A stretch of DNA of 64,000 nucleotides, from the IMG/VR virus record IMGVR_UViG_3300045988_075126, positions 1 to 64,000 of that record, one strand, 5' to 3'. The notes beneath the pieces are model-generated. The model was not told the origin of the DNA and did no database searches. It saw only the letters and a list, made by a program, of their open reading frames with translations. This DNA comes from a virus. Position numbers and translations under genes: made by a program. Positions 36,155-44,722 of the stretch are shown here, in pieces; the first letter of the stretch is position 1; each line of letters opens with the position of its first letter.

Positions 36155-36232
36155 CAGTTGTTTTGGTGTGTCTCACCTTTTTAACAATGCAAAGATACGA
36201 CAAAACGGATATTCTTGCAAATAAATTAATGC
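36155..36232 (-). promoter_or_regulatory. Early-class promoter (CATTAATTTATTTGCAAG, -7 TATCTTTG at 36190-36197) plus leader motif 36155-36181
   Basis: Minus-strand reading AAAAGGTGAGACACACCAAAACAACTG. Confidence 0.65.
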
Positions 36233-36245
36233 AAATTTTGAATCG

Positions 36246-36590
36246 TTATCTGTTTTTAAAGAAATCATTAATAATTCTCGCAATAGCTTCTTGTTTGATG
36301 ATGATAGGGGCATCACCTTGATATTCTATCACTTGGCAACCGCATTCCTTCCAAAATAGAGTGCTATTTATGCGTTCTCCATCTACCAAGATCCAATCCG
36401 GATGATGTTCAAACGAATGCATCTTAGTTAGCGGAACGAGAATGAATAATTTATTCTCCATCTTGTTTACGAGTAACGACAAGTCATTATCATCAAATGT
36501 AATGATAACTCGATTTTCATTCTCAGATAGAACGTTAAAATCCTCATTAAAACGTTCATAAAGGTAATTTTTGATTTTCGAACAACTCAT
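36246..36590 (-). CDS. Hypothetical protein (114 aa)
   Basis: Compact minus-strand ORF. Confidence 0.65.
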   Translation of the reverse strand: MSCSKIKNYLYERFNEDFNVLSENENRVIITFDDNDLSLLVNKMENKLFILVPLTKMHSFEHHPDWILVDGERINSTLFWKECGCQVIEYQGDAPIIIKQEAIARIINDFFKNR

Positions 36591-36666
36591 ATTCTTGTAA
36601 TTTTATAGGAGGGCAGATGGAAAAATCCAAGGTCTGCCCGCCAAGTTAAACTTATAAGGAAATCTT

Positions 36667-37035
36667 CTATAATATCGACTGACAAAGCCATCCCATAAGA
36701 TAGCATGGTTCTTCGCCTTGCATATCTATTCCCAGATGGTTGCATATATGTGCTACTACATGAAACATTTCATGTGTGAGACTATTTATATACTCACCTT
36801 CAGAAGTAGACTTGCAAATGAGCACAACACTTGTTTTCTTTGAAACATTTGTGTATGTCAATCCTTTGTTTGAAGAATCGGTTGAAATGTGGTCGTATGC
36901 ATCCAATAATGGTTGCCCCTTACAATCAATGGAACTTAGTAAGTCCATAGCTTCGTCAACCTCTTCTTGATTAGCTACATGACATACAATCACATTCCAA
37001 TCGTATTTCTCCAAGTAAATTTCTTGTTTAATCAT
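36667..37035 (-). CDS. Hypothetical small protein with an HExxH motif (122 aa)
   Basis: 'SLTHEMFHVVAH'; 4-nt overlap with the upstream gene. Confidence 0.6.
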   Translation of the reverse strand: MIKQEIYLEKYDWNVIVCHVANQEEVDEAMDLLSSIDCKGQPLLDAYDHISTDSSNKGLTYTNVSKKTSVVLICKSTSEGEYINSLTHEMFHVVAHICNHLGIDMQGEEPCYLMGWLCQSIL

Positions 37036-37460
37036 AATACATCATCCCATGGAATGCCGATACCATTATGGTTGCAATCGGCATAAAATCTATTAAAAAT
37101 AAATCCGTCCGCTTGGTCTGGGTCATCCACCATATCCTTAATGAATTGAGCCAAAGCAGCTTCGTCCTTTAAAGAGGACTTAAAGAAATCGGCTCTAGCC
37201 ATGTTTGCGACATAGACGAAATCGTAATTGTCGGCATTCTCTAACTTTACGTTGTTGACTTTAAGAAGTTCCTCGACTGTATCTTTTTCTGTCGGTTCAA
37301 CTTTTTCGAGCTTACCAGTCGTTGCGTTTGTCTTGCGCATTAAGGTAATAGCCCAATCACACATCTTTTTATTGAAGTGCCAGCCATTGTAGCGAAGGTA
37401 TGCAATCATCCCTTCAGGCTTCATATCGTATGCGTCAAGTGGTATTTTGTATCTTCCCAT
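37032..37460 (-). CDS. Hypothetical protein (142 aa)
   Basis: Compact minus-strand ORF. Confidence 0.7.
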   Translation of the reverse strand: MGRYKIPLDAYDMKPEGMIAYLRYNGWHFNKKMCDWAITLMRKTNATTGKLEKVEPTEKDTVEELLKVNNVKLENADNYDFVYVANMARADFFKSSLKDEAALAQFIKDMVDDPDQADGFIFNRFYADCNHNGIGIPWDDVL

Positions 37461-37512
37461 AATAAAAGCTTTTAAAGGAGGTGGAGATTTCTCCCCACCT
37501 CAAAGTGTAATA

Positions 37513-37752
37513 CTAATAGCGATAACCGCCACCTCTGCGACCACCATGTCTTTCACCATAGCGGTCATCATCGTCATCATCCCAATTGTCTCGGTAATCC
37601 GGCATTGGGCTTCTGTGACCCATTCGTCCATACTTGTCATCCCCCATTTCATCAATGCAGTGCATGAGTTTACCACCATACTTAAGCATCTTCTCTACAA
37701 GTTCCGACATTTCATTTACCTTGTTTTCGGTAATTTCTATCATGTATCCCAT
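37513..37752 (-). CDS. Hypothetical protein (79 aa) with an acidic/Arg-Gly-rich tail
   Basis: 'DNWDDDDDDRYGERHGGRRGGGYRY'. Confidence 0.6.
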   Translation of the reverse strand: MGYMIEITENKVNEMSELVEKMLKYGGKLMHCIDEMGDDKYGRMGHRSPMPDYRDNWDDDDDDRYGERHGGRRGGGYRY

Positions 37753-37758
37753 AATGAT

Positions 37759-38277
37759 TTACTTTTTTGTATTAACTTTTTCCAAAGCCACTGACAACAT
37801 AGACTTAATATCGGTCAAAGTTCCCTTCATTCCGCTAACCTCGCTTTTGAGGTTATTGATGTCTTCTTCCTGTTGTCTGTCTTTGGCTATTTGTGGATTC
37901 AATACGGCACGCATCTTTGCGCACTCTTCCATAACCTTTTTGTGGTATGGCTCGCTTTCCACAATTTCCTTAGAATGCCGATACATAGCTTCAACTTCCG
38001 CATCCATAGCTTCACGGCTTTCAGAAACCACGAGGTTTTCCGAATTTGCAATTTGCATATTGGATGGGAGTTGTTTGAACTCCATTTGTTCATTAGGCAA
38101 TTTTACGACAACATCAACGGTAGTCTCCATTGGTTGTGGGTTGAATTGCCCAGGAGTATATGTCGGGAACTTAGGTTGTGGGTTACTGACCGACACAACC
38201 TGTCCGATTTTAAGACTTGGGTTTTCACCCTTGTCAAGCACATAGAATATGCTGTTAGGTCGAAGTCCTTGAAACAT
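37759..38277 (-). CDS. Hypothetical protein (172 aa), coiled-coil C-terminus
   Basis: Compact minus-strand ORF. Confidence 0.7.
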   Translation of the reverse strand: MFQGLRPNSIFYVLDKGENPSLKIGQVVSVSNPQPKFPTYTPGQFNPQPMETTVDVVVKLPNEQMEFKQLPSNMQIANSENLVVSESREAMDAEVEAMYRHSKEIVESEPYHKKVMEECAKMRAVLNPQIAKDRQQEEDINNLKSEVSGMKGTLTDIKSMLSVALEKVNTKK

Positions 38278-38296
38278 AGCTTTGTAATGTTAATTG

Positions 38297-38641
38297 TTAA
38301 ACAATACCCGTCATTAGCTGAAGGGTGTTAGTATCTCGCTCGAACCAAAACTGATAAACTCCAGTTCCTGCAATGTCGGCTACCGTCAAAGGATTGCCGT
38401 TGAACTTAGTTACAGCTTGGGTTACGCCATTGGTCTCGAAAAGGATTGGCAGCGTATTTGTCGTACCTGTCGGAATGGCTTGATGTAGGTTCACAAAGAT
38501 AGTTCCCCTATAGTTAGCATTCACGAAGGCGTGGTTTCTGAACGAGAAAATGACATTTTCGGTGTTCACCACCACGCCTGTAGATGCGATAGCTGCCGAG
38601 CCGTTACGATTAACCCATGCAAAAGGTCTCATCCATAACAT
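38297..38641 (-). CDS. Hypothetical beta-rich protein (114 aa)
   Basis: Compact minus-strand ORF. Confidence 0.7.
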   Translation of the reverse strand: MLWMRPFAWVNRNGSAAIASTGVVVNTENVIFSFRNHAFVNANYRGTIFVNLHQAIPTGTTNTLPILFETNGVTQAVTKFNGNPLTVADIAGTGVYQFWFERDTNTLQLMTGIV

Positions 38642-38659
38642 AGCAGCCTCCTTTCCTAA

Positions 38660-39646
38660 TTAACCCCAAAAGCTTGCATTGTTGACACCATTCAGACCAT
38701 ATAAGCCTGTTTGCCAAGCAACGCAATTTGGAACAGCAGTAAATGGACTGTAGCTGGTTGTAACAGTTGATGGAAGCTTACACTTGATACCATCTACCTC
38801 TTTTTGCAAGCCAGCCAACATAGCGTTGACAGGTGCTATAGCTTGACCTACAATCTGCGAAGTCATGGCAGAAGACTTATAAGTTCCATTCTCTTCACGA
38901 AGATGGTCTATCTTGTCCTGCATATCTCTGAGTTCTGCTTGGCGTTGGCCATTAACTACGGTCTGAGTACTATCTTTAATAGCATTCAAAATGTCGCATG
39001 TCTGACCCTTGGTTTCGAAAGCAACATTAGAAAAGCCTCGTTCCTGACTTACGGCTACATTGTTGATGGCATTCTGCAAAGTGCCAGTCTGCTGGCACAT
39101 AGCCAACTTGACGTTTCCGTCCATAGCCGTAATATTGTTATTTACACGGCAGCAGCAATCAGCGAGTTGTGATGCAATCTGCATGTTACCTTGCTGAAGA
39201 GCGTTGATGGTTTGCATTCCGCTCATGCCTACTTGGTTGCCCACGTTCTGAACTTGGGTTGTCAAGGCAGAGATTGCTTGTTGAATCTGTCCTTCAGTAC
39301 AATTGAGCTGAGTAGCGAGATTACTGAGTGCATTACGATTGCCACCGATAGCATCCATAAGCAAGGAACGACCATAGTCATTGTTGATTTCATTGGCAAG
39401 ACCTGCGCCATTACCACGACCACCAAAGCCGAAACCATTACCGCCCCAACCACAGAAGCAAAGGATAAAGAGCAGCCAAATGAACCAAGAACCATCGCCA
39501 TTGCCGAATCCGTTATTACCCTTCATCGCAAGAAGAACGTTTGGGTCAACGCCTCTCTGTTGGAGCAAAGGAGCTATCAAGCTCATCATTCCTCCATTGT
39601 TACCTGAACCCTCTGGATTAAAAACATAAGTTTTTGATGTCTCCAT
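38660..39646 (-). CDS. Gly/Asn/Gln-rich protein with one transmembrane segment (328 aa)
   Basis: 'GNGDGSWFIWLLFILCFCGWGGNGFGFGGRGNG', then Q/N-rich repeats; first gene after the promoter at 39706. Confidence 0.75.
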   Translation of the reverse strand: METSKTYVFNPEGSGNNGGMMSLIAPLLQQRGVDPNVLLAMKGNNGFGNGDGSWFIWLLFILCFCGWGGNGFGFGGRGNGAGLANEINNDYGRSLLMDAIGGNRNALSNLATQLNCTEGQIQQAISALTTQVQNVGNQVGMSGMQTINALQQGNMQIASQLADCCCRVNNNITAMDGNVKLAMCQQTGTLQNAINNVAVSQERGFSNVAFETKGQTCDILNAIKDSTQTVVNGQRQAELRDMQDKIDHLREENGTYKSSAMTSQIVGQAIAPVNAMLAGLQKEVDGIKCKLPSTVTTSYSPFTAVPNCVAWQTGLYGLNGVNNASFWG

Positions 39647-39705
39647 AAGAATAATCTTTTTGTGTTAAACCTTAATTAAACTAACTCTATGTAACGTTAC
39701 GGCTG

Positions 39706-39713
39706 CAAAGTTA
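39706..39713 (-). promoter_or_regulatory. -7 box (TAACTTTG on minus strand)
   Basis: TAnnTTTG, 60 nt upstream of the ATG at 39646. Confidence 0.5.
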
Positions 39714-39841
39714 CGAATAATAAGCAAAAGGTTTAACAACTCTATCAAACTTTCTTTTAATCGTTAATAATCAATAAGTTAAAGTGATAGGGGGTAATAT
39801 CATACTTTCGAATGCATGAAAATCAAAGGCTTGTTTGCAAA

Positions 39842-39887
39842 TTCCGTTTGCAGAAAACGAAAAATGCAAACGGAACTGCAAACGGAA
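39842..39887 (-). terminator. Hairpin TTCCGTTTGCA / TGCAAACGGAA with an extra tandem copy of the 11-mer; probable terminator of the HTH-gene pair
   Basis: 11-bp perfect inverted repeat (39842-39852 / 39865-39875) plus a direct copy at 39877-39887, immediately after the stop of 39889..40506. Confidence 0.55.
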
Positions 39888-39888
39888 A

Positions 39889-40506
39889 TTAAGCACACAC
39901 AAACTTGAAACCAAATTTTTCAGTATAGTATTCCTCTTTAGGGTGTCTTTTTGTCTCGGAGTCATAGCAGAGAATAAACGGCTCACCCTTAGAGTAGAAA
40001 TAGTTATAAGATTTTCGCAAATACATCTTCGCATTCAAAGCCTTTGGGGAGAGTTTTCTTATTCTTAACCTTGTTTCTTGAGGCTTACCCGACAACACTC
40101 TAAGTTCGTCCATTTTGTATTGCATGTGAAGTTTTCTTCCTTTACTTGCATATCTTTCTTTATTCCAATAGTTTCTTAGAGACTTGTTTCGCTCTTTACG
40201 AATTCTATTTATCGTTTCTACATTGTGTTTTAAACCAAGCTTACTGACTTGTCCTAATATTGTAGATTGAGGAATATTCAACACTTCGGAAATTTCCCTT
40301 GCTGTCATCGTTTGGTACATGACGGAAATTTGGCTGATGGTTTCTTTACTCAACTTGTTGTCTATTTTTGTGCCACCTAAAATAGTGATATATTTATATA
40401 AGGTGTGTAGTGTAACACCAGCAGCCTTGGCTACTTTCTTTCGTGGGTAGTCATTGATGTGGACTTTAATATAGTCTATCTGTTCTTTTGTTAATCTTCT
40501 TGGCAT
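39889..40506 (-). CDS. Double-HTH DNA-binding protein (paralog B)
   Basis: 'KEQIDYIKVHINDYPRKKVAKAAGVTLHTLYKYI' and 'MTAREISEVLNIPQSTILGQVSKLGL'; similar to 40491..41132. Confidence 0.75.
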   Translation of the reverse strand: MPRRLTKEQIDYIKVHINDYPRKKVAKAAGVTLHTLYKYITILGGTKIDNKLSKETISQISVMYQTMTAREISEVLNIPQSTILGQVSKLGLKHNVETINRIRKERNKSLRNYWNKERYASKGRKLHMQYKMDELRVLSGKPQETRLRIRKLSPKALNAKMYLRKSYNYFYSKGEPFILCYDSETKRHPKEEYYTEKFGFKFVCA

Positions 40507-41132
40507 TCTTCATCCTCCTCAAAAGAAAATCCATATTTGTTCTTATAGTATTCTTCATTCATCCTATGAGTATTCCGGTCATAACCTATGGTGTATGGCT
40601 CACCTTCGAAAGCGAAATATCCATGCTTTGTTATGAGATTGTACTTGGCATGATATGCTTTTATAGGCATATCCGCAAATTTGAATCTTGTCTGTTGCGG
40701 AATGCAGGATATAACTCTGAATTTCTCCATCTGCATGGTTCTTTGCCAGCTTTTTACCCTTTTACTTATTGTTGCTTTCTCATACGCTTTCTTTAAATTT
40801 GCCAAACTATTCCTTTTAAGTCTTTCGATAGTTTCATTCGAATGAGTAAGCTTTAGTCTTTTTGCCGCCTTTCCTACTGTAGACGGATGACACCCTACAA
40901 TCTCGGCAATCTCTTTGACTGAATGGTTGGTGTAAAGCTTTGCAATTTGTTCATCACGCTTCTTGTTGGGTTTCGGAACAGGTCTTTTATGTTCGATTTT
41001 ACAATTGCAATCATGTAGAATCTTATACAAGAATTTCACGCTGACACCCATTCTTTGTGCCAACTTGTATCTTGGTCGTTCATTTATGTGCGCCTTAATG
41101 ATGTCTATTGTATCTTGTTCTATTATCTTCAT
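40491..41132 (-). CDS. Double-HTH DNA-binding protein (paralog A)
   Basis: 'IDIIKAHINERPRYKLAQRMGVSVKFLYKIL', 'SVKEIAEIVGCHPSTVGKAAKRLKL'; shares the C-terminal 'GEP..I.YD..T.R...EYY..K(F/Y)GF.F'. Confidence 0.75.
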   Translation of the reverse strand: MKIIEQDTIDIIKAHINERPRYKLAQRMGVSVKFLYKILHDCNCKIEHKRPVPKPNKKRDEQIAKLYTNHSVKEIAEIVGCHPSTVGKAAKRLKLTHSNETIERLKRNSLANLKKAYEKATISKRVKSWQRTMQMEKFRVISCIPQQTRFKFADMPIKAYHAKYNLITKHGYFAFEGEPYTIGYDRNTHRMNEEYYKNKYGFSFEEDEECQED

Positions 41133-41139
41133 TTTTATT

Positions 41140-41213
41140 CAGTTTTTTATGGTGTGACTCACCTGTATTTGCAAAGGTAATGAGATTTTATTGATAGAGC
41201 AAATAATTTAATG
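41140..41213 (-). promoter_or_regulatory. Early-class promoter (-7 TACCTTTG at 41172-41179) plus leader motif variant 41140-41165
   Basis: Minus-strand reading CAGGTGAGTCACACCATAAAAAACTG, 7 nt before the ATG. Confidence 0.6.
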
Positions 41214-41312
41214 TGTTATAACTTTGTTTAAGGAAATATTTAATTATTTGCACAAAAATTAATTGTGTAGTTTTCTGACTCGGCTATTTTCACATTATTA
41301 TATATAAATAGC

Positions 41313-41320
41313 TATCTTTG
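41313..41320 (+). promoter_or_regulatory. -7 box TATCTTTG
   Basis: TAnnTTTG, 19 nt before the ATG at 41340. Confidence 0.55.
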
Positions 41321-41339
41321 CAACAAAAAACATAAGGAA

Positions 41340-41768
41340 ATGACAGCGGAAACTATTCAATTAATACAGACGGGAATTAATCTTCTTTGCGCATCGGGAG
41401 TTATCTCCACGTTGCTGTACTATAATAGTAGAAAACGAAAGGAGGCGGCACTCGCATCACAGGAAGAGAATAAGACTATTTCATCATATGCCGATGAGTG
41501 GAAGGCTCTCTATGAACGTTCCAACGAGTCGGTCGTTAATCTTAATAGTAAAGTAGATGAATTGTATGAGGAAATCAATCAGTATCGTATTACCATACGC
41601 AATCTTAGGGATGAGAAGAACGATTTGAAGCTTGCCTTGCATGAGGCACAATGGAACAGATGCATCAAGGATGGATGCCAACTTAGAACCCCACCAAGAA
41701 AACGAGATTCTTTAGAAGCATTTGTTGAAAAAGAAGAGAGTGCTATATATCGTGACAGGGAGGATTAA
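41340..41768 (+). CDS. N-terminal TM plus coiled-coil protein, lysis-cassette member (holin/antiholin or spanin-like)
   Basis: 'GINLLCASGVISTLLYY' TM segment; position before the holin-like and endolysin genes. Confidence 0.55.
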   Translation: MTAETIQLIQTGINLLCASGVISTLLYYNSRKRKEAALASQEENKTISSYADEWKALYERSNESVVNLNSKVDELYEEINQYRITIRNLRDEKNDLKLALHEAQWNRCIKDGCQLRTPPRKRDSLEAFVEKEESAIYRDRED

Positions 41769-41771
41769 AAT

Positions 41772-42041
41772 ATGATTAAGTATCTGAAATTACTTATACA
41801 AGTTAATAGCGGACATTCAAGCAAGGCATTCTTCTTAGTGTCCGTGACCTTGATAGGTTTCTTGATGCTCTTAGTTGTATGCTTCATCTTAGTGTGGGAA
41901 GTGGTGACTTATGGGACGATCAAGACCGATTTGATGGGGTTAAGTGCATTTGTTGGTAGTGTGGCTAGTTTGTTCGTCACGGCTGGCATTACCAAGACTA
42001 TAGGGGAACGTGGCGAACATCAAAGCGAAAAAGATAAATAG
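41772..42041 (+). CDS. Holin-like two-TM protein (89 aa)
   Basis: Two hydrophobic segments, charged C-terminus, directly upstream of the endolysin. Confidence 0.6.
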   Translation: MIKYLKLLIQVNSGHSSKAFFLVSVTLIGFLMLLVVCFILVWEVVTYGTIKTDLMGLSAFVGSVASLFVTAGITKTIGERGEHQSEKDK

Positions 42042-42044
42042 ACT

Positions 42045-42593
42045 ATGGCAGACTCAAGTATTTTAAAACCATTCATTCTCTCATTCGAGGGTGGATATTC
42101 TAACAAAAAGAGTGACAGGGGAGGCGCAACGATGAAAGGTGTGACCCTAGAGACGTTCCGTAAAGTTTATGGTGCTAGTAAGACCGCATCGGACTTGAAG
42201 AAGATAACCGATGAACAATGGCATCACATATTCAAGAAATACTATTGGGATGCTTGTAAAGCTGACCAAATCAACAACCAGTCGGTGGCTAATCTCTTGG
42301 TTGACTTTGCTTATAATAGTGGAGTAAGCAGAGCCGTACAAAAGATTCAGACTATCGTAGGAACAAAAGCTGATGGTATCATGGGTAACATGACCTTGGC
42401 TGCTATCAATTCATACAAACAAGGCCAATGGTCGTTGTTCGATAAGTTGAAGGTGTCACGAATTGCCTTTCTCAATGCGTTTGTGAACAATGACCCAAAG
42501 CAAAGTGTGAACCTGCATGGATGGCTTCGAAGAGTTGGAAATATACAATACGGAAAGCTCGTATGTAACAACGGAAAGATAATCACTTGGTAA
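42045..42593 (+). CDS. Endolysin, GH108-type muramidase with a C-terminal peptidoglycan-binding domain
   Basis: 'ILSFEGGYSNKKSDRGGATMKGVT' matches the GH108 EGGY...D.GG.T..G signature. Confidence 0.85.
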   Translation: MADSSILKPFILSFEGGYSNKKSDRGGATMKGVTLETFRKVYGASKTASDLKKITDEQWHHIFKKYYWDACKADQINNQSVANLLVDFAYNSGVSRAVQKIQTIVGTKADGIMGNMTLAAINSYKQGQWSLFDKLKVSRIAFLNAFVNNDPKQSVNLHGWLRRVGNIQYGKLVCNNGKIITW

Positions 42594-42725
42594 TCTTACG
42601 AGATACAGGCTCAACTAAGGCATTAGTAAGACCATCATCCTTAATTGGGTGGTGGTTTTTCTTCACTTTTGAAATTTTGAAAAAGAGAGAGTGGGCAGAA
42701 AAATTGTTCCTATTGGTTTTATTTG

Positions 42726-42733
42726 TACCTTTG
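42726..42733 (+). promoter_or_regulatory. -7 box TACCTTTG
   Basis: TAnnTTTG, 20 nt before the ATG at 42754. Confidence 0.45.
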
Positions 42734-42753
42734 CACACAAAAAGGAGGTTGAT

Positions 42754-43347
42754 ATGGAGCTTAGATTTGATTGGTGGCGTTGGCTCGTTACCATATTGGT
42801 AGGTTTCTTCATCATGCTTATGATGTACGGATGCCGGACGACAAGATATGTAGATGTAGAAAAAGTGGTGCGAGACACTACGACTTATGCCCATTGGGAC
42901 TCAATTGTCAACGAAAGGGTCAAGCTTATTCGGGATAGCTTGCTGTCTTATCATTGGGAGCAGACCGAAAAGCAGGTTAAGGATTCCACTTACATCAAGG
43001 ATGATGTCAAGACAAGGGTAGATGAGAGTGGTAAGGTGCTAGGTAAGGATTCTACTCATATAGAGATTAGATACAGGGACAGCAAGGAACTATCCAAGGT
43101 TCGTGATAGCCTTATTCATTATAAGGAGATAGCAGAGCGAGCGAGTATATATAAGGCTCAGAGGGATAGCCTAAACAGAGAATTGAGTATTGCCCAGACC
43201 AAAAAGGAATATATTGAGAAAGACTTGGAGGGATGGGACTTGTTCTATTGGAAATTCGGTATGATTTCCTTTTGGGTCGTTTCCTTGATGCTGGTTACGA
43301 TGATTTTCTTTCTCACAGTAAAATATAAGAAAAAGTTATTTTATTAG
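42754..43347 (+). CDS. Unimolecular-spanin-like protein (N-terminal lipobox, C-terminal TM)
   Basis: 'FFIMLMMYGC' lipoprotein-type signal and C-terminal 'FGMISFWVVSLMLVTMIFFLTV'. Confidence 0.55.
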   Translation: MELRFDWWRWLVTILVGFFIMLMMYGCRTTRYVDVEKVVRDTTTYAHWDSIVNERVKLIRDSLLSYHWEQTEKQVKDSTYIKDDVKTRVDESGKVLGKDSTHIEIRYRDSKELSKVRDSLIHYKEIAERASIYKAQRDSLNRELSIAQTKKEYIEKDLEGWDLFYWKFGMISFWVVSLMLVTMIFFLTVKYKKKLFY

Positions 43348-43398
43348 GTTGGTTTTTAGTTATTAAGGTTTTAGATTGGTTTAAGGTAACAACTTATG

Positions 43399-43436
43399 GA
43401 GCAGCTGCCAGTGATGGTGGTTGCTCTCTTTTTTTT
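43399..43436 (+). terminator. Rho-independent terminator
   Basis: GAGCAGC...GTTGCTC stem followed by T8. Confidence 0.7.
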
Positions 43437-43592
43437 GTCTTGAAAATGCCTTAGAGTGTAAAATGTTAAAATTGCAAGCGACTTAATGTATTTGCGGTTT
43501 TATATATGTAACTAAAATTGTGTTGTGTGTTAAAAATGTGCAATTAGAATAGAATAACACATTAAAACCCTTGCAGTTTGAAAATAAATTAG

Positions 43593-43600
43593 TATCTTTG
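43593..43600 (+). promoter_or_regulatory. -7 box TATCTTTG
   Basis: TAnnTTTG. Confidence 0.55.
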
Positions 43601-43727
43601 CAGCGTGCTTTGTTGGTGCTGACACGCTTACAAGAATCAATAAGATTTTCCGTGGCGAAAGCCACATCACGATAATCCTTACCTAGATTTCGGTGTCAGA
43701 CGAATGAAGGGTAAGGATTTCTTTTAT
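43601..43727 (+). promoter_or_regulatory. Structured ~155-nt 5' leader with competing helices and an intrinsic-terminator-like hairpin
   Basis: GCGTG/CACGC (43603/43623), CTGACAC/GTGTCAG (43619/43693), GTGGC-GAAA-GCCAC (43652-43665), AATCCTTACC/GGTAAGGATT (43674/43710) followed by TTCTTTT. Confidence 0.5.
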
Positions 43728-43755
43728 CCTTATTAGAATAAAAAGTGTTATAATT

Positions 43756-44649
43756 ATGAGGAATAGAACATTGAACATACCAATTGCAAGATTGTCTAAA
43801 GCCTTGGAGAATGAAGAGGCTTTTGAGGTGTTCTGTGCCAGCGTAATTATAAAAGAGCATTTTGAATTTTCAACTTTACATACTAAAGGAAAGCCGATTA
43901 AGGCTTTAATGAAATGTCTTCATTGCAAGTACAACACTGCAAAGAGAGTTTTCGATGCGATGTTGAAATCTAAGGCTGTTTCATATTGCGAAAAGAATGG
44001 TGTGCTTTTTTGCAAGCCATTCCGTAACAACATGAAATCTTGCTATCATGGTTACAAGGCAACAAGCGAAGACAATGTATATAAGTTGAAATATGACAAA
44101 GACCAGCCACATACTTTAAGGGAGATAAAGAAAATGCTCCGACTCGTTCTTCTAAAAAACGATGTACTTGTTCGTCAAAGGGCTACTTATAAGACTTCAC
44201 ATAAAAATTCCGTAGAGATACCGGAGAAGGAACAGGTACAGACCCATCGCATGTTTGGAAAGCGAATTGGACGTTCTAAGTCAACCGTTTCAAGGTACAT
44301 CAAGCAAATGGTGAATGATGGTGTAGTAAGAGAGAGTAAATTAGTATCTGAATGTGTTATTCCCCATTTAAATGATGTTACTGCGAAACAATGGTATGCA
44401 AAAAATCCAAAGAAAGGTCGTTTCTTTGCGTGGCGCAATGTAAAGACTGGAGAATGGTCTGGTTGGCAAACTCTCGGAAAGGTTTATACGATGAATGATG
44501 CTAAAGAAGAGCGTAAGTTTATGCACTTGCTTTGGAATCATGTACATCGTGTAACTACTAAGTTTACAAAGAAAGGAATAGGAGAAAATGACTTAATAGA
44601 AGGTAATGAGTATCTTACAAATTATATGGGTAAAAAACAAAAAATGTAA
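43756..44649 (+). CDS. HTH-containing protein (297 aa), possible replication-initiation or regulatory protein
   Basis: 'FGKRIGRSKSTVSRYIKQMVNDGVV' HTH; function inferred only from context. Confidence 0.65.
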   Translation: MRNRTLNIPIARLSKALENEEAFEVFCASVIIKEHFEFSTLHTKGKPIKALMKCLHCKYNTAKRVFDAMLKSKAVSYCEKNGVLFCKPFRNNMKSCYHGYKATSEDNVYKLKYDKDQPHTLREIKKMLRLVLLKNDVLVRQRATYKTSHKNSVEIPEKEQVQTHRMFGKRIGRSKSTVSRYIKQMVNDGVVRESKLVSECVIPHLNDVTAKQWYAKNPKKGRFFAWRNVKTGEWSGWQTLGKVYTMNDAKEERKFMHLLWNHVHRVTTKFTKKGIGENDLIEGNEYLTNYMGKKQKM

Positions 44650-44722
44650 GTATTTCCCTTTTGCAACACATATATTACTTCACTTCACTATATCCTAGCG
44701 TATATGTGAGCAAGTAATAGAT

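Noticed and set aside
37447-39629. Plus-strand ORFs 37447..37794, 37634..38245, 37873..38331, 38804..39172, 39191..39607 and 39381..39629
   Set aside because: They are antisense to the contiguous minus-strand operon, which has a promoter, tight spacing and more protein-like sequences.
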